This document shows positions 9,771-21,058 of a stretch of DNA of 64,000 nt, in pieces. The position numbers and the translations under genes were made by a program. The notes under the pieces were generated by a model. That model had not been told where the DNA came from. It made no database searches and worked only from the letters and a program-made list of their open reading frames with translations. Position 1 is the first letter of the stretch. Each line of letters opens with the position of its first letter. The DNA lies in the NCBI GenBank assembly GCA_963760795.1, contig CAVXEP010000004.1:160001-224000 (forward strand), given 5' to 3'. This stretch comes from an uncultured delta proteobacterium. GTDB lineage: Bacteria; Desulfobacterota; Binatia; UBA9968.

Positions 9771-9893
9771 CTAACTCGGCCACGGATATCCCTCGGGGTG
9801 TATTCCTTTAGCCAGCACAGGCAGAGAGGGTTGCAGTTTGACGAGACGATTCTTTCCGACCTCGATCCAGATATCGACCTTGCGCATTCCCAT
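9771..9893 (-). CDS. Putative 40-aa small protein (below ORF-track cutoff)
   Basis: AGGAG RBS just upstream of ATG; MGMRKVDIWIEVGKNRLVKLQPSLPVLAKGIHPEGYPWPS*. Confidence 0.35.
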   Translation of the reverse strand: MGMRKVDIWIEVGKNRLVKLQPSLPVLAKGIHPEGYPWPS

Positions 9894-10063
9894 CGCCTAA
9901 CTCCTAACTGGATCGATCGAATTTAATCTTGCAAACCTGACTGCTGGCGTTTCGGATGAGGAGATGAGGGTCGCATCTTTAGCCTGATCGTTCCTGCTAA
10001 CCAACTACACCGCAGTCTGTCGACCAAACCGACGAGCATGTGCTCGCGGATCATCACGACAAG

Positions 10064-11621
10064 TTAGGAAACCGACGCTGCCAGTTCCGCCAGGGCCCTT
10101 GGCAGGCCGTCGACGATGTCCGATGCAATCAGTCCGATCGGCCCCTTGGATTCCGCAAGTCGGTCACCGACATAGCCGTGCAAATAAACGCCAAGCTTCA
10201 TGGCATCCTCGGCAGCCATCCCCTGCCCCAAGAGTGCGGCGATGATTCCCGCCAGGACATCGCCCATGCCGCCGCTGGCCATGCCGGGATTGCCGGTGGG
10301 ATTGATGAAAACCTTGCCGTCCGCCGTGGCGATCACTGTCCGCGCGCCTTTAAGAATTACATGACAGCGCTGCGCCATAGCGAAACTACGCGCGACCTCA
10401 ATGCGGTCGGCATTGACATCAGCGGTGCTCTTGCCGATCAGCCGCGCCATCTCACCCGGATGGGGCGTGAGGATCGGCGCCGTCTTGGCGCCGCGCAAGC
10501 GGTCCAAGTCAAGCGCCAGATTATTCAATCCGTCCGCGTCGATAACCCACGGTATAGCTAAATTTCGCAACAGCCAGCGCGTCGCGGATTGCGTCGCGTC
10601 GCTGACACCGATGCCGGGGCCAAATAGCAAAACGTTTTTGCGCTCGATCAAGCGCCGCCAATCGGCGTCGGTGACCATTTCCAACTGCTCGGAGGATTCA
10701 TCGCCCAATGGCTCGGTCATCACTTCCACCAGTGCGCCGGCGAAAATCCCATTCAACGCCCGCGGCGCCGCCAAGGTCACCAGACCTGCGCCAGCCCGCA
10801 TCGCGGCGCGGCAGGACAAAATCGCCGCGCCGGTCTTCCCTCTCGCTCCGGCCACCACCAGCAGATGGCCGTAGGTGCCCTTATGCGTGTCCGCCTGGCG
10901 CCGCGGCACCAGCCAACCAACGGTTTCTCGATCGAGCAACTCGATTTGCGGCGCGACTTCGACAAGCGCGCGGCTATCGATACCGATGTCGGCGACGACC
11001 AACTCGTTGACGGCAGCCAGACCCGGATGAATCACTTCGCCGAGTTTCGGATAACCCAGGGCCACCGTCATCTCGGCTTGAATCGCCACTCCCAGCGGCT
11101 GTCCGGTGTCGCTGTCCATGCCGGAGGGAATATCGACGGCGACAGTGGGCACGCCGGAAGCGTTCATCAGCGTGATCGCCTCACCGAACAGGCCGGCGAC
11201 GGCGTTTTTCATGCCGGTGCCGAGAATCGCATCGACCAACAAACCGTGCTTGGCGATCCGTTGCCGGAGCAACTCCAGCCTGCTGCCATCGATCTCGGTA
11301 ACCTTGCCTTTGAGTTTGCTCCAGGCGCGCAGATTATGCGCCGCGTCGGCTGTAAGCTCCTCGCGCCGCGCCAGTAACACGACCTCGCAGGGGATGCGTT
11401 TTTTTTTCAATAACCGGGCGACGACAAAACCATCGCCGCCATTGTTACCCTTGCCGGCAACGATCAACACACCCTTTTTGGCGGCTCGGCGCGAAGCGCT
11501 GAAGAATCGCCGCGGCGATACCCTCGCCGGCGCGCTCCATCAGCGTCAAGCTCGGCGTCGCGTATTTCTCGATCGTCAAGCGATCCAGCTCGCGCATCTG
11601 TGCGGCGGTGACAACAATCAT
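10064..11621 (-). CDS. nnr: Bifunctional NAD(P)HX epimerase/dehydratase (YjeF), frameshift near 11495
   Basis: MIVVTAAQMRELDR..LMERAG in upstream frame; GKGNNGGDG, VDAILGTG, HKGTYG, LTPHPGEM, GGMGDVLAG. Confidence 0.93.
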
Positions 11622-11637
11622 GGTTCAATTATCGGAG

Positions 11638-12435
11638 TTAAGACCGTTTACGGATTCCGGTCCGAACCGCTTGAGACTGTTTGAACCCTTGAACCTTGAA
11701 CGGCTTGAACACGTTACCTTCGGCTCTCGTCAGAAGCGTCTTCATTTCACCCACGGCCTGTTGCACGCCGACCAGCACCGCCCGGGCGATGATGCTGTGG
11801 CCGATGTTGAGCTCGACCAGCTCTGGAATAGCCGCTATCGGCAGGACATTGTCATAATCGAGGCCATGGCCGCCATGGACTTCGAGGCCCAGCCGCTTGG
11901 CGAGTTGCGCGCCGGCGATTATCTTGCGCAGTTCTCTTTCGCGCTTTGCGCCGGTCCGGTTGCAGTAGCTGCCGGTATGAATCTCGATGCCATGGGCGCC
12001 GGTCTCCTTGGCGCATTCGATCTGCGCTTGGTCTGGGTCGATGAACAGCGCGACTTCAACACCGCGCGATTGCAAACGAGTTACCGCGTCCTTGATCTTG
12101 CGTTTATGGGCGACAACATTGAGCCCGCCTTCGGTGGTCAACTCCTGGCGTTTCTCCGGCACGAAGCAAGCGTTTTGCGGTCGTAGTTTGCCGGCGAAGC
12201 GCACCATCGCCGCCGTCACCGCCATCTCCAGATTGACCTTGGTTTTGCCGCGTTCCATCAAGCGCCGCACGTCATGCTCCTGGATATGGCGGCGGTCTTC
12301 GCGCAGATGCACGGTGATGCCATTGGCGCCGGCCTTCTCGGCGAGCAGCGCCGCGTCCACTGGATCGGGGAGCGTGGCCAGGCGCGCCTGGCGCACCGTG
12401 GCGACATGATCGACATTGACACCCAAGCGGATCAT
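11638..12435 (-). CDS. pdxJ: Pyridoxine 5'-phosphate synthase
   Basis: LGVNVDHVATVRQAR, ITVHLREDRRHI, VPEKRQELTTEGGL, GHGL, LNIGHSII. Confidence 0.97.
   Translation of the reverse strand: MIRLGVNVDHVATVRQARLATLPDPVDAALLAEKAGANGITVHLREDRRHIQEHDVRRLMERGKTKVNLEMAVTAAMVRFAGKLRPQNACFVPEKRQELTTEGGLNVVAHKRKIKDAVTRLQSRGVEVALFIDPDQAQIECAKETGAHGIEIHTGSYCNRTGAKRERELRKIIAGAQLAKRLGLEVHGGHGLDYDNVLPIAAIPELVELNIGHSIIARAVLVGVQQAVGEMKTLLTRAEGNVFKPFKVQGFKQSQAVRTGIRKRS
11667..11713 (-). repeat. GTTCAA-family repeat tract inside the 3' end of pdxJ
   Basis: TTGAAC at 11681, 11689, 11696 and 11705. Confidence 0.75.
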
Positions 12436-12491
12436 GGATTATGACTCTTCATCTGCTTGTGTCGATTGAGTCAGAAATTGGAACGGATTCA

Positions 12492-12573
12492 TTCACCACG
12501 AAGGCACGAAGGACACGAAGGGTTCGAATAATTCGACTCCGAACTTCGTGATCTTCGTGTCCTTCGTGGTGAA
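12492..12573. repeat. CACGAAG 9-mer periodic palindrome (family A, copy 1)
   Basis: TTCACCACGAAGG-CACGAAGGA-CACGAAG ... CTTCGTGAT-CTTCGTGTC-CTTCGTGGTGAA, between glmM and pdxJ. Confidence 0.92.
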
Positions 12574-12607
12574 AACTCTTTTCGCGGCGAGCACGGACTC
12601 GTCTCGT

Positions 12608-14041
12608 TTACTCGCCGATCTCGGCGCGAATCTCGCTGGCAATCGCCTCGGCCATGGCGCGGATCCTTTTTTCGTCCTCGCCTTCCAACATCACCCGGGC
12701 CAACAGCTCGGTGCCCGAATAGCGCACCAGCACCCGGCCGCGCCCGGCCAGGCTGCGCTCGATCTCGCCAATCCGCTGCTGCACTTTAGGCATCTGCTCG
12801 AAATCTTTCTTTTCCTTGACCTTAATATTGATCAGTACCTGCGGCAGCCGGTCCATCACGGTTTTCAACTCGCTCAAACGTTTACGCTTCTCGACCATCT
12901 GAGCGAGCATCTGCAAACAAGTAATGGCGCCGTCGCCGGTGCTGTTATGGTCGAGATAGAGGATATGGCCGGACTGTTCGCCGCCGAGATTGAAGTTACC
13001 GGCGAGCATTTTTTCGACCACGTATCGATCGCCCACTTGAGCGCGCACGACTTCAAGGCCGGCCTTGCGCATCGCCAGCTCAAGGCCCAAGTTGCTCATC
13101 ACCGTGGCGACCAAGCCATTGCCCTTGAGAATGCCCTTCTCCTGCATGTCGAGGGCCGAGATCGCCAGCACCTGGTCGCCGTCGAGGATCTCGCCGGTGT
13201 CATCGATGAACACCGCACGGTCGGCATCGCCGTCCAGGGCGACGGCGAAGTCGGCGCCCTCGTGGAGCAACATTTCGCGCGCGGTTTCGGGATAGAGCGC
13301 GCCACAGCGGCGGTTGATATTTTCACCGTCGGGCTGGATGCCGATGGGTAGGACATCTGCGCCCAATTCGGTCAACACTTCCGGCACGACTTTGTAAGCG
13401 GCGCCGTGGCCGCAGTCGACGACGATCTTCAACCCTTCCAAGGTTAGATGGCGCGGATAACTGTTCTTGAGAAAAACATTATAACGGCCGACGGCGTCCT
13501 GAATACGCGAAGCTTTGCCGATCCCGGCGGCGGTCGGGCGGGACTCTTCGGTCTCGCCGCTAAAAATCATTTCTTCCATGCGCGCTTCGACTTGGTCGGG
13601 AAGTTTGAACCCGTCCCACGAGAAAAACTTGATGCCGTTGTCTTGATAGGGATTGTGTGATGCCGAGATCACCACACCAGCATCGGCGCGCATGCTGCGG
13701 GTGAGAAACGCCACACCAGGGGTCGGCAACGGACCGACCAGCAGCACGTCGGCGCCCATGGAAACGATCCCGGACGCCAATGCGGTCTCGAGCATGTACC
13801 CCGAGAGGCGGGTGTCCTTGCCGATAAGAATCTTGAAGCGATGCTTGTCGGAGTCACCGTTGCGGCGGGCGAACGCCGGCGACGGCATGCGGCCGGGCAT
13901 ATCTCTTTCGGATTCGTGTAATACCTTGGCGATGGCGCGGCCGAGCTTGAGCGCCATCTCCGAGGTCATGGGCTCCTGATTGGCGACGCCGCGCACGCCG
14001 TCGGTGCCGAACAGTTGGCGCGTCAATTTTTTCTTATTCAT
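12608..14041 (-). CDS. glmM: Phosphoglucosamine mutase
   Basis: FGTDGVRG, GKDTRLSGYM, ISASHNP, DGDADR, GGEQSGH, VRYSGTE. Confidence 0.97.
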   Translation of the reverse strand: MNKKKLTRQLFGTDGVRGVANQEPMTSEMALKLGRAIAKVLHESERDMPGRMPSPAFARRNGDSDKHRFKILIGKDTRLSGYMLETALASGIVSMGADVLLVGPLPTPGVAFLTRSMRADAGVVISASHNPYQDNGIKFFSWDGFKLPDQVEARMEEMIFSGETEESRPTAAGIGKASRIQDAVGRYNVFLKNSYPRHLTLEGLKIVVDCGHGAAYKVVPEVLTELGADVLPIGIQPDGENINRRCGALYPETAREMLLHEGADFAVALDGDADRAVFIDDTGEILDGDQVLAISALDMQEKGILKGNGLVATVMSNLGLELAMRKAGLEVVRAQVGDRYVVEKMLAGNFNLGGEQSGHILYLDHNSTGDGAITCLQMLAQMVEKRKRLSELKTVMDRLPQVLINIKVKEKKDFEQMPKVQQRIGEIERSLAGRGRVLVRYSGTELLARVMLEGEDEKRIRAMAEAIASEIRAEIGE

Positions 14042-14065
14042 CCTGGTTGACTCCTGGTTGACGAT

Positions 14066-14995
14066 TCACGGCGCCGGCTTGGCGATCCGAATCCTGACGG
14101 TGAGGGGCTTTTGTTCGACTACCTCGATACCCGCCGGCAATTTGATTACTGGAGTCAGACTATGTTCGCCTGGGGTCAACCCCGTCAAACTCAAAGTAAC
14201 CGTCTCGGCATTCAATTGTAGCTTGTCGACAATACTTTTGGCACCGGCTACGCGTAAATAAACCGTCCTCGGCGAAACGGTGAACAGCCCTTTATAGCCC
14301 TGCGTGGCGATCTCGACCTGGGCGAATTCGCGGATGGCCTGCTCTTCTTCGAGAGAAACCGCAATCGCCACCTGGTCGGGCGAGAACGTAAGCGGTTTGC
14401 CATCGGTCGCCAGCCGCACCTGACGCTTGGGGACACCGCGGGTTTCGTGCAGATCCACCGGCACGGTTTCCACCGCGGTGAGCCGGCGCACCTCTTCCGC
14501 CGGTCCCTGCACGGTCACCCGTGCCGGCTGCACCGTGGTTTGGGCGATGCGGAATCCCGCCGCGGGCTTGCCGGCGATGCGCACCAAAACCGGCAGGGTC
14601 AGCTTGATCACCGGCTCCATGCGCAGATGGACCACCGGCGGGGTAATGCGCGCCACTGTCACGCCGCGCGGGATATTGAACAGACTGCCGCCCAAAGGAT
14701 AGCTGAGCGATCCAGGCTTGGCGCTGTTGAGATCGAGTAACAGTTTCATTTCATCGGCATCTATGGTCGAAACCAACGTGCGCGGTCCGGTGACGCGCAA
14801 GACCACGAAATCGACGCGATTATCCATCACCATGAGATCGCCGGGAATATTGCGAAACTCCACCGGCACTTCGATGGAGCGCTCGATATCGCGGTGGCCG
14901 GCGACCCACAGCCCCGCGGCGATGGTCAAGGCCAGCGCCTTGAGGCCGAAGTTGCTGCCGGCCAGCGCAACGATCTTTTCCCAGAGCTGTCTCAT
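14066..14995 (-). CDS. cdaR: CdaR/YbbR-like regulator of diadenylate cyclase
   Basis: N-terminal TM (KALALTIAAGLW), repeated YbbR-like domains; lies between cdaA and glmM. Confidence 0.88.
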   Translation of the reverse strand: MRQLWEKIVALAGSNFGLKALALTIAAGLWVAGHRDIERSIEVPVEFRNIPGDLMVMDNRVDFVVLRVTGPRTLVSTIDADEMKLLLDLNSAKPGSLSYPLGGSLFNIPRGVTVARITPPVVHLRMEPVIKLTLPVLVRIAGKPAAGFRIAQTTVQPARVTVQGPAEEVRRLTAVETVPVDLHETRGVPKRQVRLATDGKPLTFSPDQVAIAVSLEEEQAIREFAQVEIATQGYKGLFTVSPRTVYLRVAGAKSIVDKLQLNAETVTLSLTGLTPGEHSLTPVIKLPAGIEVVEQKPLTVRIRIAKPAP

Positions 14996-15750
14996 GACTT
15001 GATCAGAGCCCTTAACGCCGAACGCAGTGTGGCGCCATCGATATTTTCGGTCACGTTGCCGCCGACCACCAGCGCCACGGTGCCTTCCTGCTCCGAAATC
15101 ACCACGGCGACGGCATCGGTCTCTTCGGTGACGCCAAGGGCGGCGCGATGGCGCGTGCCCCAGGATTTGCGCAGATGCGGGTTGGTGCTGAGCGGCAGCA
15201 AACAGCGCACCGCGGTCACGCGGTTTTTTTGAATCACCAGGGCGCCGTCGTGAATCGGCGAATTGGGCAGAAAGACGCTCTCCAACAGTTCACGGCTGAC
15301 CCAGGCATCGAGCCGCGTGCCGATCTCCATGAATTCGCTCAAGCCGACATCCCGTTGAAAGACCACCAAGGCGCCGACCCGCTTGCCGGCGAGCGATAAC
15401 GCCGCTTGGGCGACCTCCTCGACGACATCTTCGTGGCGCTGCTGGGAACGCTCCAGCGTCGCGAACAAAGGCGCGGTGCCGACCTGGGTGAGGGCGCGGC
15501 GAATGTCGCTCTGAAAGATCACGATGATCACCAAGATGATCGAGCTCAAGAAGTTATCGAGGATCCAGTTGAGCGTGAATAACCCGAGGATGCGGGATGA
15601 CACGTAGGCGACCAGAATCACCGCCAAGCCGATGATCATCTGCATCGCCCGGCTGCCGCGCACGATCTGCAGCGCCCGGTAGACCAGGAAAGTGATGATG
15701 CCGATATCGAGCAGGTCTTGCCAGCGGATTTGGTTCAGCAGCTCTAGCAT
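14992..15750 (-). CDS. cdaA: Diadenylate cyclase CdaA/DacA
   Basis: Three TM helices, VIFQSDIRRAL, HDGA and GTRHRAA DAC motifs; ATG at 15750. Confidence 0.95.
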   Translation of the reverse strand: MLELLNQIRWQDLLDIGIITFLVYRALQIVRGSRAMQMIIGLAVILVAYVSSRILGLFTLNWILDNFLSSIILVIIVIFQSDIRRALTQVGTAPLFATLERSQQRHEDVVEEVAQAALSLAGKRVGALVVFQRDVGLSEFMEIGTRLDAWVSRELLESVFLPNSPIHDGALVIQKNRVTAVRCLLPLSTNPHLRKSWGTRHRAALGVTEETDAVAVVISEQEGTVALVVGGNVTENIDGATLRSALRALIKS

Positions 15751-15761
15751 TCGCGCCTCGG

Positions 15762-16700
15762 CTACTGGTGAAAACCGAATCGTAGCGCGTCGGCGATCCG
15801 TACCGCACGGCAAGTTGCCACGACATCGTGGACGCGGATAATATTGGCGCCGCCGAGCACCGCCGCCACCGCGGCGGCCAGACTGCCTTCGAGCCGCTGG
15901 TCCGGCTCGAGACCGAGAATCTTACCGATAAAGGCCTTGCGCGAGACGCCCACCAGCAATGGCTGCCCGAGGGCGGCAAGCAGCGACAGGCCGCGCAGTA
16001 GTTGAAGGTTGTGCTCGACGGTCTTGCCGAAACCGATACCGGGATCGAGCACGATCGCCTCGGCATCGACACCGGCATCCATGGCGTCGTAGAGCCGCTC
16101 GGCGAGAAAGTCTCTCACCTCGCGCACGACATCGCCATACTGAGGATCGGCCTGCATGGTTTGCGGCGTGCCCTGCATGTGCATCAGAATCACCGGAACC
16201 TTTTCGCTGGCAACCAGCGGCGCCATCGCCGCATCGAAACCTAGGGCGCTGATGTCGTTGACCATGTCGGCGCCGGCATCGAGAGCCGCGCGGGCCACCG
16301 GCGCTTTGTAACTATCGATGGAGATCGGCACGGCGCATTGCCGGCGCAAACCTTGGATCACCGGAAGCACGCGGGCGAGCTCCTCGGCTGCCGCCACCGG
16401 GATGGCGGCGGGGCGCGAAGACTCGCCGCCGATGTCGATAATGTCGGCGCCGGCTTGCGCCATCGCCAAACCATCGGCAATCGCCCGGCCGGTGTCGAAG
16501 TGACGGCCACCGTCAAAGAAGGAATCCGGCGTGACATTGAGCACCGCCATCACCGCGGTGCGGCGCGCGAGATCGATCCGGCCATGGCGCGTTTTCAGCT
16601 CGCGGCCGCCAGCCGATGCCATTGGCACCAAGGGATTGAAGCTGCTGCCGGTCCGGTTCAAATCTGGCGGATTGCTTTGGGACATCACTGCAACCGACAT
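15762..16700 (-). CDS. folP: Dihydropteroate synthase (start codon uncertain)
   Basis: LNVTPDSFFDGG, DIGGES, LMHMQG, DPGIGFGK, GVSRK, RVHDV. Confidence 0.96.
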   Translation of the reverse strand: MSVAVMSQSNPPDLNRTGSSFNPLVPMASAGGRELKTRHGRIDLARRTAVMAVLNVTPDSFFDGGRHFDTGRAIADGLAMAQAGADIIDIGGESSRPAAIPVAAAEELARVLPVIQGLRRQCAVPISIDSYKAPVARAALDAGADMVNDISALGFDAAMAPLVASEKVPVILMHMQGTPQTMQADPQYGDVVREVRDFLAERLYDAMDAGVDAEAIVLDPGIGFGKTVEHNLQLLRGLSLLAALGQPLLVGVSRKAFIGKILGLEPDQRLEGSLAAAVAAVLGGANIIRVHDVVATCRAVRIADALRFGFHQ

Positions 16701-16843
16701 GATAAATAAATTGCAGTCAAAGAAAAGTTAATGCGACAATCGCTAAACACTAACGCCGGCTCGGCCGATTGCCGGCGCCGGCGCATCGCAGCTAATTGGG
16801 CAGGTGGAGTTGGGAAGCCGCGGCTCCCCCGGAATGAACCTAT

Positions 16844-18676
<1,833 letters not shown>

Positions 18677-18749
18677 TCGAGTTCTCCCAGATTAGCAACA
18701 AGCGAAAGTCTAACACACGCATGGTAATCGATCAATATGAGTTTAAGAA

Positions 18750-20171
18750 CTAAGTACCTAAAGGAACTACTTTAATTCGTATGATAGCCCGGCTCGCCGG
18801 GGTCACCAGGGCGACCCGGCTGCGGCCATGGCCGGGAATCCACAGAACCTGGTCAGCACCGAGCAACATCGGCAACCTTGCCCGCTCCGACAGCGCGACC
18901 TTGCGATCAATAAACAAATCCTTGACCTTTTTATGGCCATCCATCCCTAAGGGTTCAAACCGATCGCCGTTGCGAAAGTTCCGCACGGCCAAGGGTTGCG
19001 GCAGCGCATCGGCGTCGAACAGCGCTTCCAGCGAACCAGTCGGTTGAACCTCGACAGGCGGCAGCAAGAGTTCCAGCAAGAAGCCGACAGCGGCTTCTGG
19101 GATCGATAAAGGTTCGCAGAGCGTCACAGGATAGAGATAACAAATCGCTTGCCGCTGTCGAGCCCCCTTCACCAGGCGCAGCAATTCATACTCCCGGCGC
19201 ACCTCCCAACCGCCGGGGATCGCTAGTCGCCCCTGCGCCGGACCGGTGGCAGCCAAACCGCACAAGGCCTCGACATGCGCGAAATCGATACCGCGCAAGT
19301 TGCCGCGCGCATCTTCGATCCAGCGCCGCAGCATCAGCCGCTGTAGAGCGACTGGTTGGCGCAGCAGAATACCCCGGTCCAGCCCATCGCCACGCCGGCA
19401 TTTTTCCAACTCGGCCTGGGCGATCTGATCGAGCACCGCCTGTTCGTCGCGCAACATAGCGGCCTGCCCTGCCAGCCGCGCGGCGACGCGCCCATCGATG
19501 CGCCCGCGCAACTGCGGCAACAGCTCCAGACGAATCCAGTTGCGTAAGAGCCTGGTGTCGCGATTGGTCCCGTCGATGCGGTAGTCAATTTGCCGTTGGC
19601 GAAGATATTCCAGAATATCCGCCTTGGAAGTTTCTAAGAACGGCCGAACGATCTCGCACCCACGAGCCAAATCATCGGCGCTTGAATGCGGTGTTCGCGC
19701 TGGACTTATCCCGCCCAACCCCTTCCGCCCCGCGCCGCGCAGCAACCACATCAACATAGTCTCGGCTTGATCGTCTTGGGTATGCGCCGTGGCGATCTTG
19801 TTGAGCCCCTGGCGCTGGGCGATCTGAGCGAAAAATTGGTAGCGCTGCTGCCGCGCCAATGCCTCCAGATTGCCTTTCCCAGCCCGAGAGCGCAGCTCGG
19901 GCAAGTCGATTTCCTTTAAATGAAGTGCCAGCCCGAGCTTGTCGGCCAACGCCGCGACAAACCGCGCATCATCCTTAGCCTCTTGCCCACGAATCCCATG
20001 TTGCAAATGCGTCACTTCGAGATGCAGTCCCAACTCGTCGCGCAACTCGTGCAGCACATGCAATAACGCAACTGAATCCGGCCCGCCGGAAACGGCGACG
20101 AGGATGCGGTCGCCGGGAGCAAAACACCGATGCTTGGTAATGAGTAATTTGACTTGGGAAACAAATTGCAC
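18750..20171 (-). CDS. tilS: tRNA(Ile)-lysidine synthetase (start approximate, GTG 20171)
   Basis: AVSGGPDS PP-loop, TAHTQDDQAET, RN.IR, TilS C-terminal domain. Confidence 0.95.
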   Translation of the reverse strand: MQFVSQVKLLITKHRCFAPGDRILVAVSGGPDSVALLHVLHELRDELGLHLEVTHLQHGIRGQEAKDDARFVAALADKLGLALHLKEIDLPELRSRAGKGNLEALARQQRYQFFAQIAQRQGLNKIATAHTQDDQAETMLMWLLRGAGRKGLGGISPARTPHSSADDLARGCEIVRPFLETSKADILEYLRQRQIDYRIDGTNRDTRLLRNWIRLELLPQLRGRIDGRVAARLAGQAAMLRDEQAVLDQIAQAELEKCRRGDGLDRGILLRQPVALQRLMLRRWIEDARGNLRGIDFAHVEALCGLAATGPAQGRLAIPGGWEVRREYELLRLVKGARQRQAICYLYPVTLCEPLSIPEAAVGFLLELLLPPVEVQPTGSLEALFDADALPQPLAVRNFRNGDRFEPLGMDGHKKVKDLFIDRKVALSERARLPMLLGADQVLWIPGHGRSRVALVTPASRAIIRIKVVPLGT

Positions 20172-20471
20172 AGAAGAAATCTGCTCGGTTCGGTAAATCA
20201 AATCAATAGGCCAGCGCAATTGCCATGGGGATGAACGTTGCTCGCATGCCACCCGTTAGCGAATCAAAGCGGCTACGGCCGACACCGGTGTGGCATAGAC
20301 CGTCCGTTGGACCGTCCTGGAATTGTCTCGTCTTAGTGCTGGACGAACGCATCCCACGAAGCTTTCTCGCCCTTCACACAACCGGCGATCGGTGTTCCTT
20401 CCTGTTCGGTCACGGGCCCGGAGTAAGACGATGGCCGGTGAAGCCAGCAGCCAGCCTCCTCACGCACGGCC

Positions 20472-20506
20472 TTGATAACTTTGCACAAAATCAGATAATC
20501 AGATTT
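20472..20506 (+). promoter_or_regulatory. Putative TA promoter/operator
   Basis: TTGATA-N16-GATAAT overlapped by the quasi-palindrome AAATCAGATAATCAGATTT directly before the antitoxin ATG. Confidence 0.45.
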
Positions 20507-20508
20507 CT

Positions 20509-20862
20509 ATGAGAATGGATAAAAACAAGAACTCCCGCAAGGGGCGAAATGGCAGGAAATCGAGATCTCGAATTGGCGCCGCGCAAGCCGCGAAAGGCAG
20601 CCGCGTCATCTCGGCGACGGACGCGGCCCGCAGTTTTTCAGAGTTGCTCGATTGTGTGTGTTATCGCGGCGAGACCTTCGTCATCGAGCGCGGCGGGGAA
20701 CCGGTTTGCCAGATGTCTCATGTAAAATCGGCGCACTTTACCGGTGCGGACCTCATTGCGCTATTGGATTCTCTGCCACACCCCGATGCCGCCTATTGGG
20801 AGGCCGTTGAAAACGCCACTCGACAAAAGCCTACGGTCCCAGAGTCGCCATGGGGACACTGA
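20509..20862 (+). CDS. Phd/YefM-family antitoxin
   Basis: ISATDAARSFSELLDCV..RGETFVIERGGEPV; overlaps a PIN gene. Confidence 0.85.
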   Translation: MRMDKNKNSRKGRNGRKSRSRIGAAQAAKGSRVISATDAARSFSELLDCVCYRGETFVIERGGEPVCQMSHVKSAHFTGADLIALLDSLPHPDAAYWEAVENATRQKPTVPESPWGH

Positions 20863-21042
20863 TCGATTCCAGCGTACTGATCGCTTGGGAGCGCGAACGA
20901 CTCGATTTGAAATCCCAACTGGCCGACCACGCCGAGAAGGACTTCGCGATTTCGACCATTACCGCGTCCGAGTTGCTCCACGGCGTCCATCGCGCCACGA
21001 CTGCAGCCCGGCGAAGCCAGCAAGAGGCCTTTGTCGAGGGCA
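20850..21042 (+). pseudogene. vapC: Truncated VapC (PIN domain) toxin
   Basis: MGTLIDSSVLIAWER..ISTITASELLHGV..; similarity ends at about aa 64 and the ORF continues only as antisense of the convergent gene. Confidence 0.8.
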
Positions 21043-21058
21043 AAGACCAGGGGCACCT

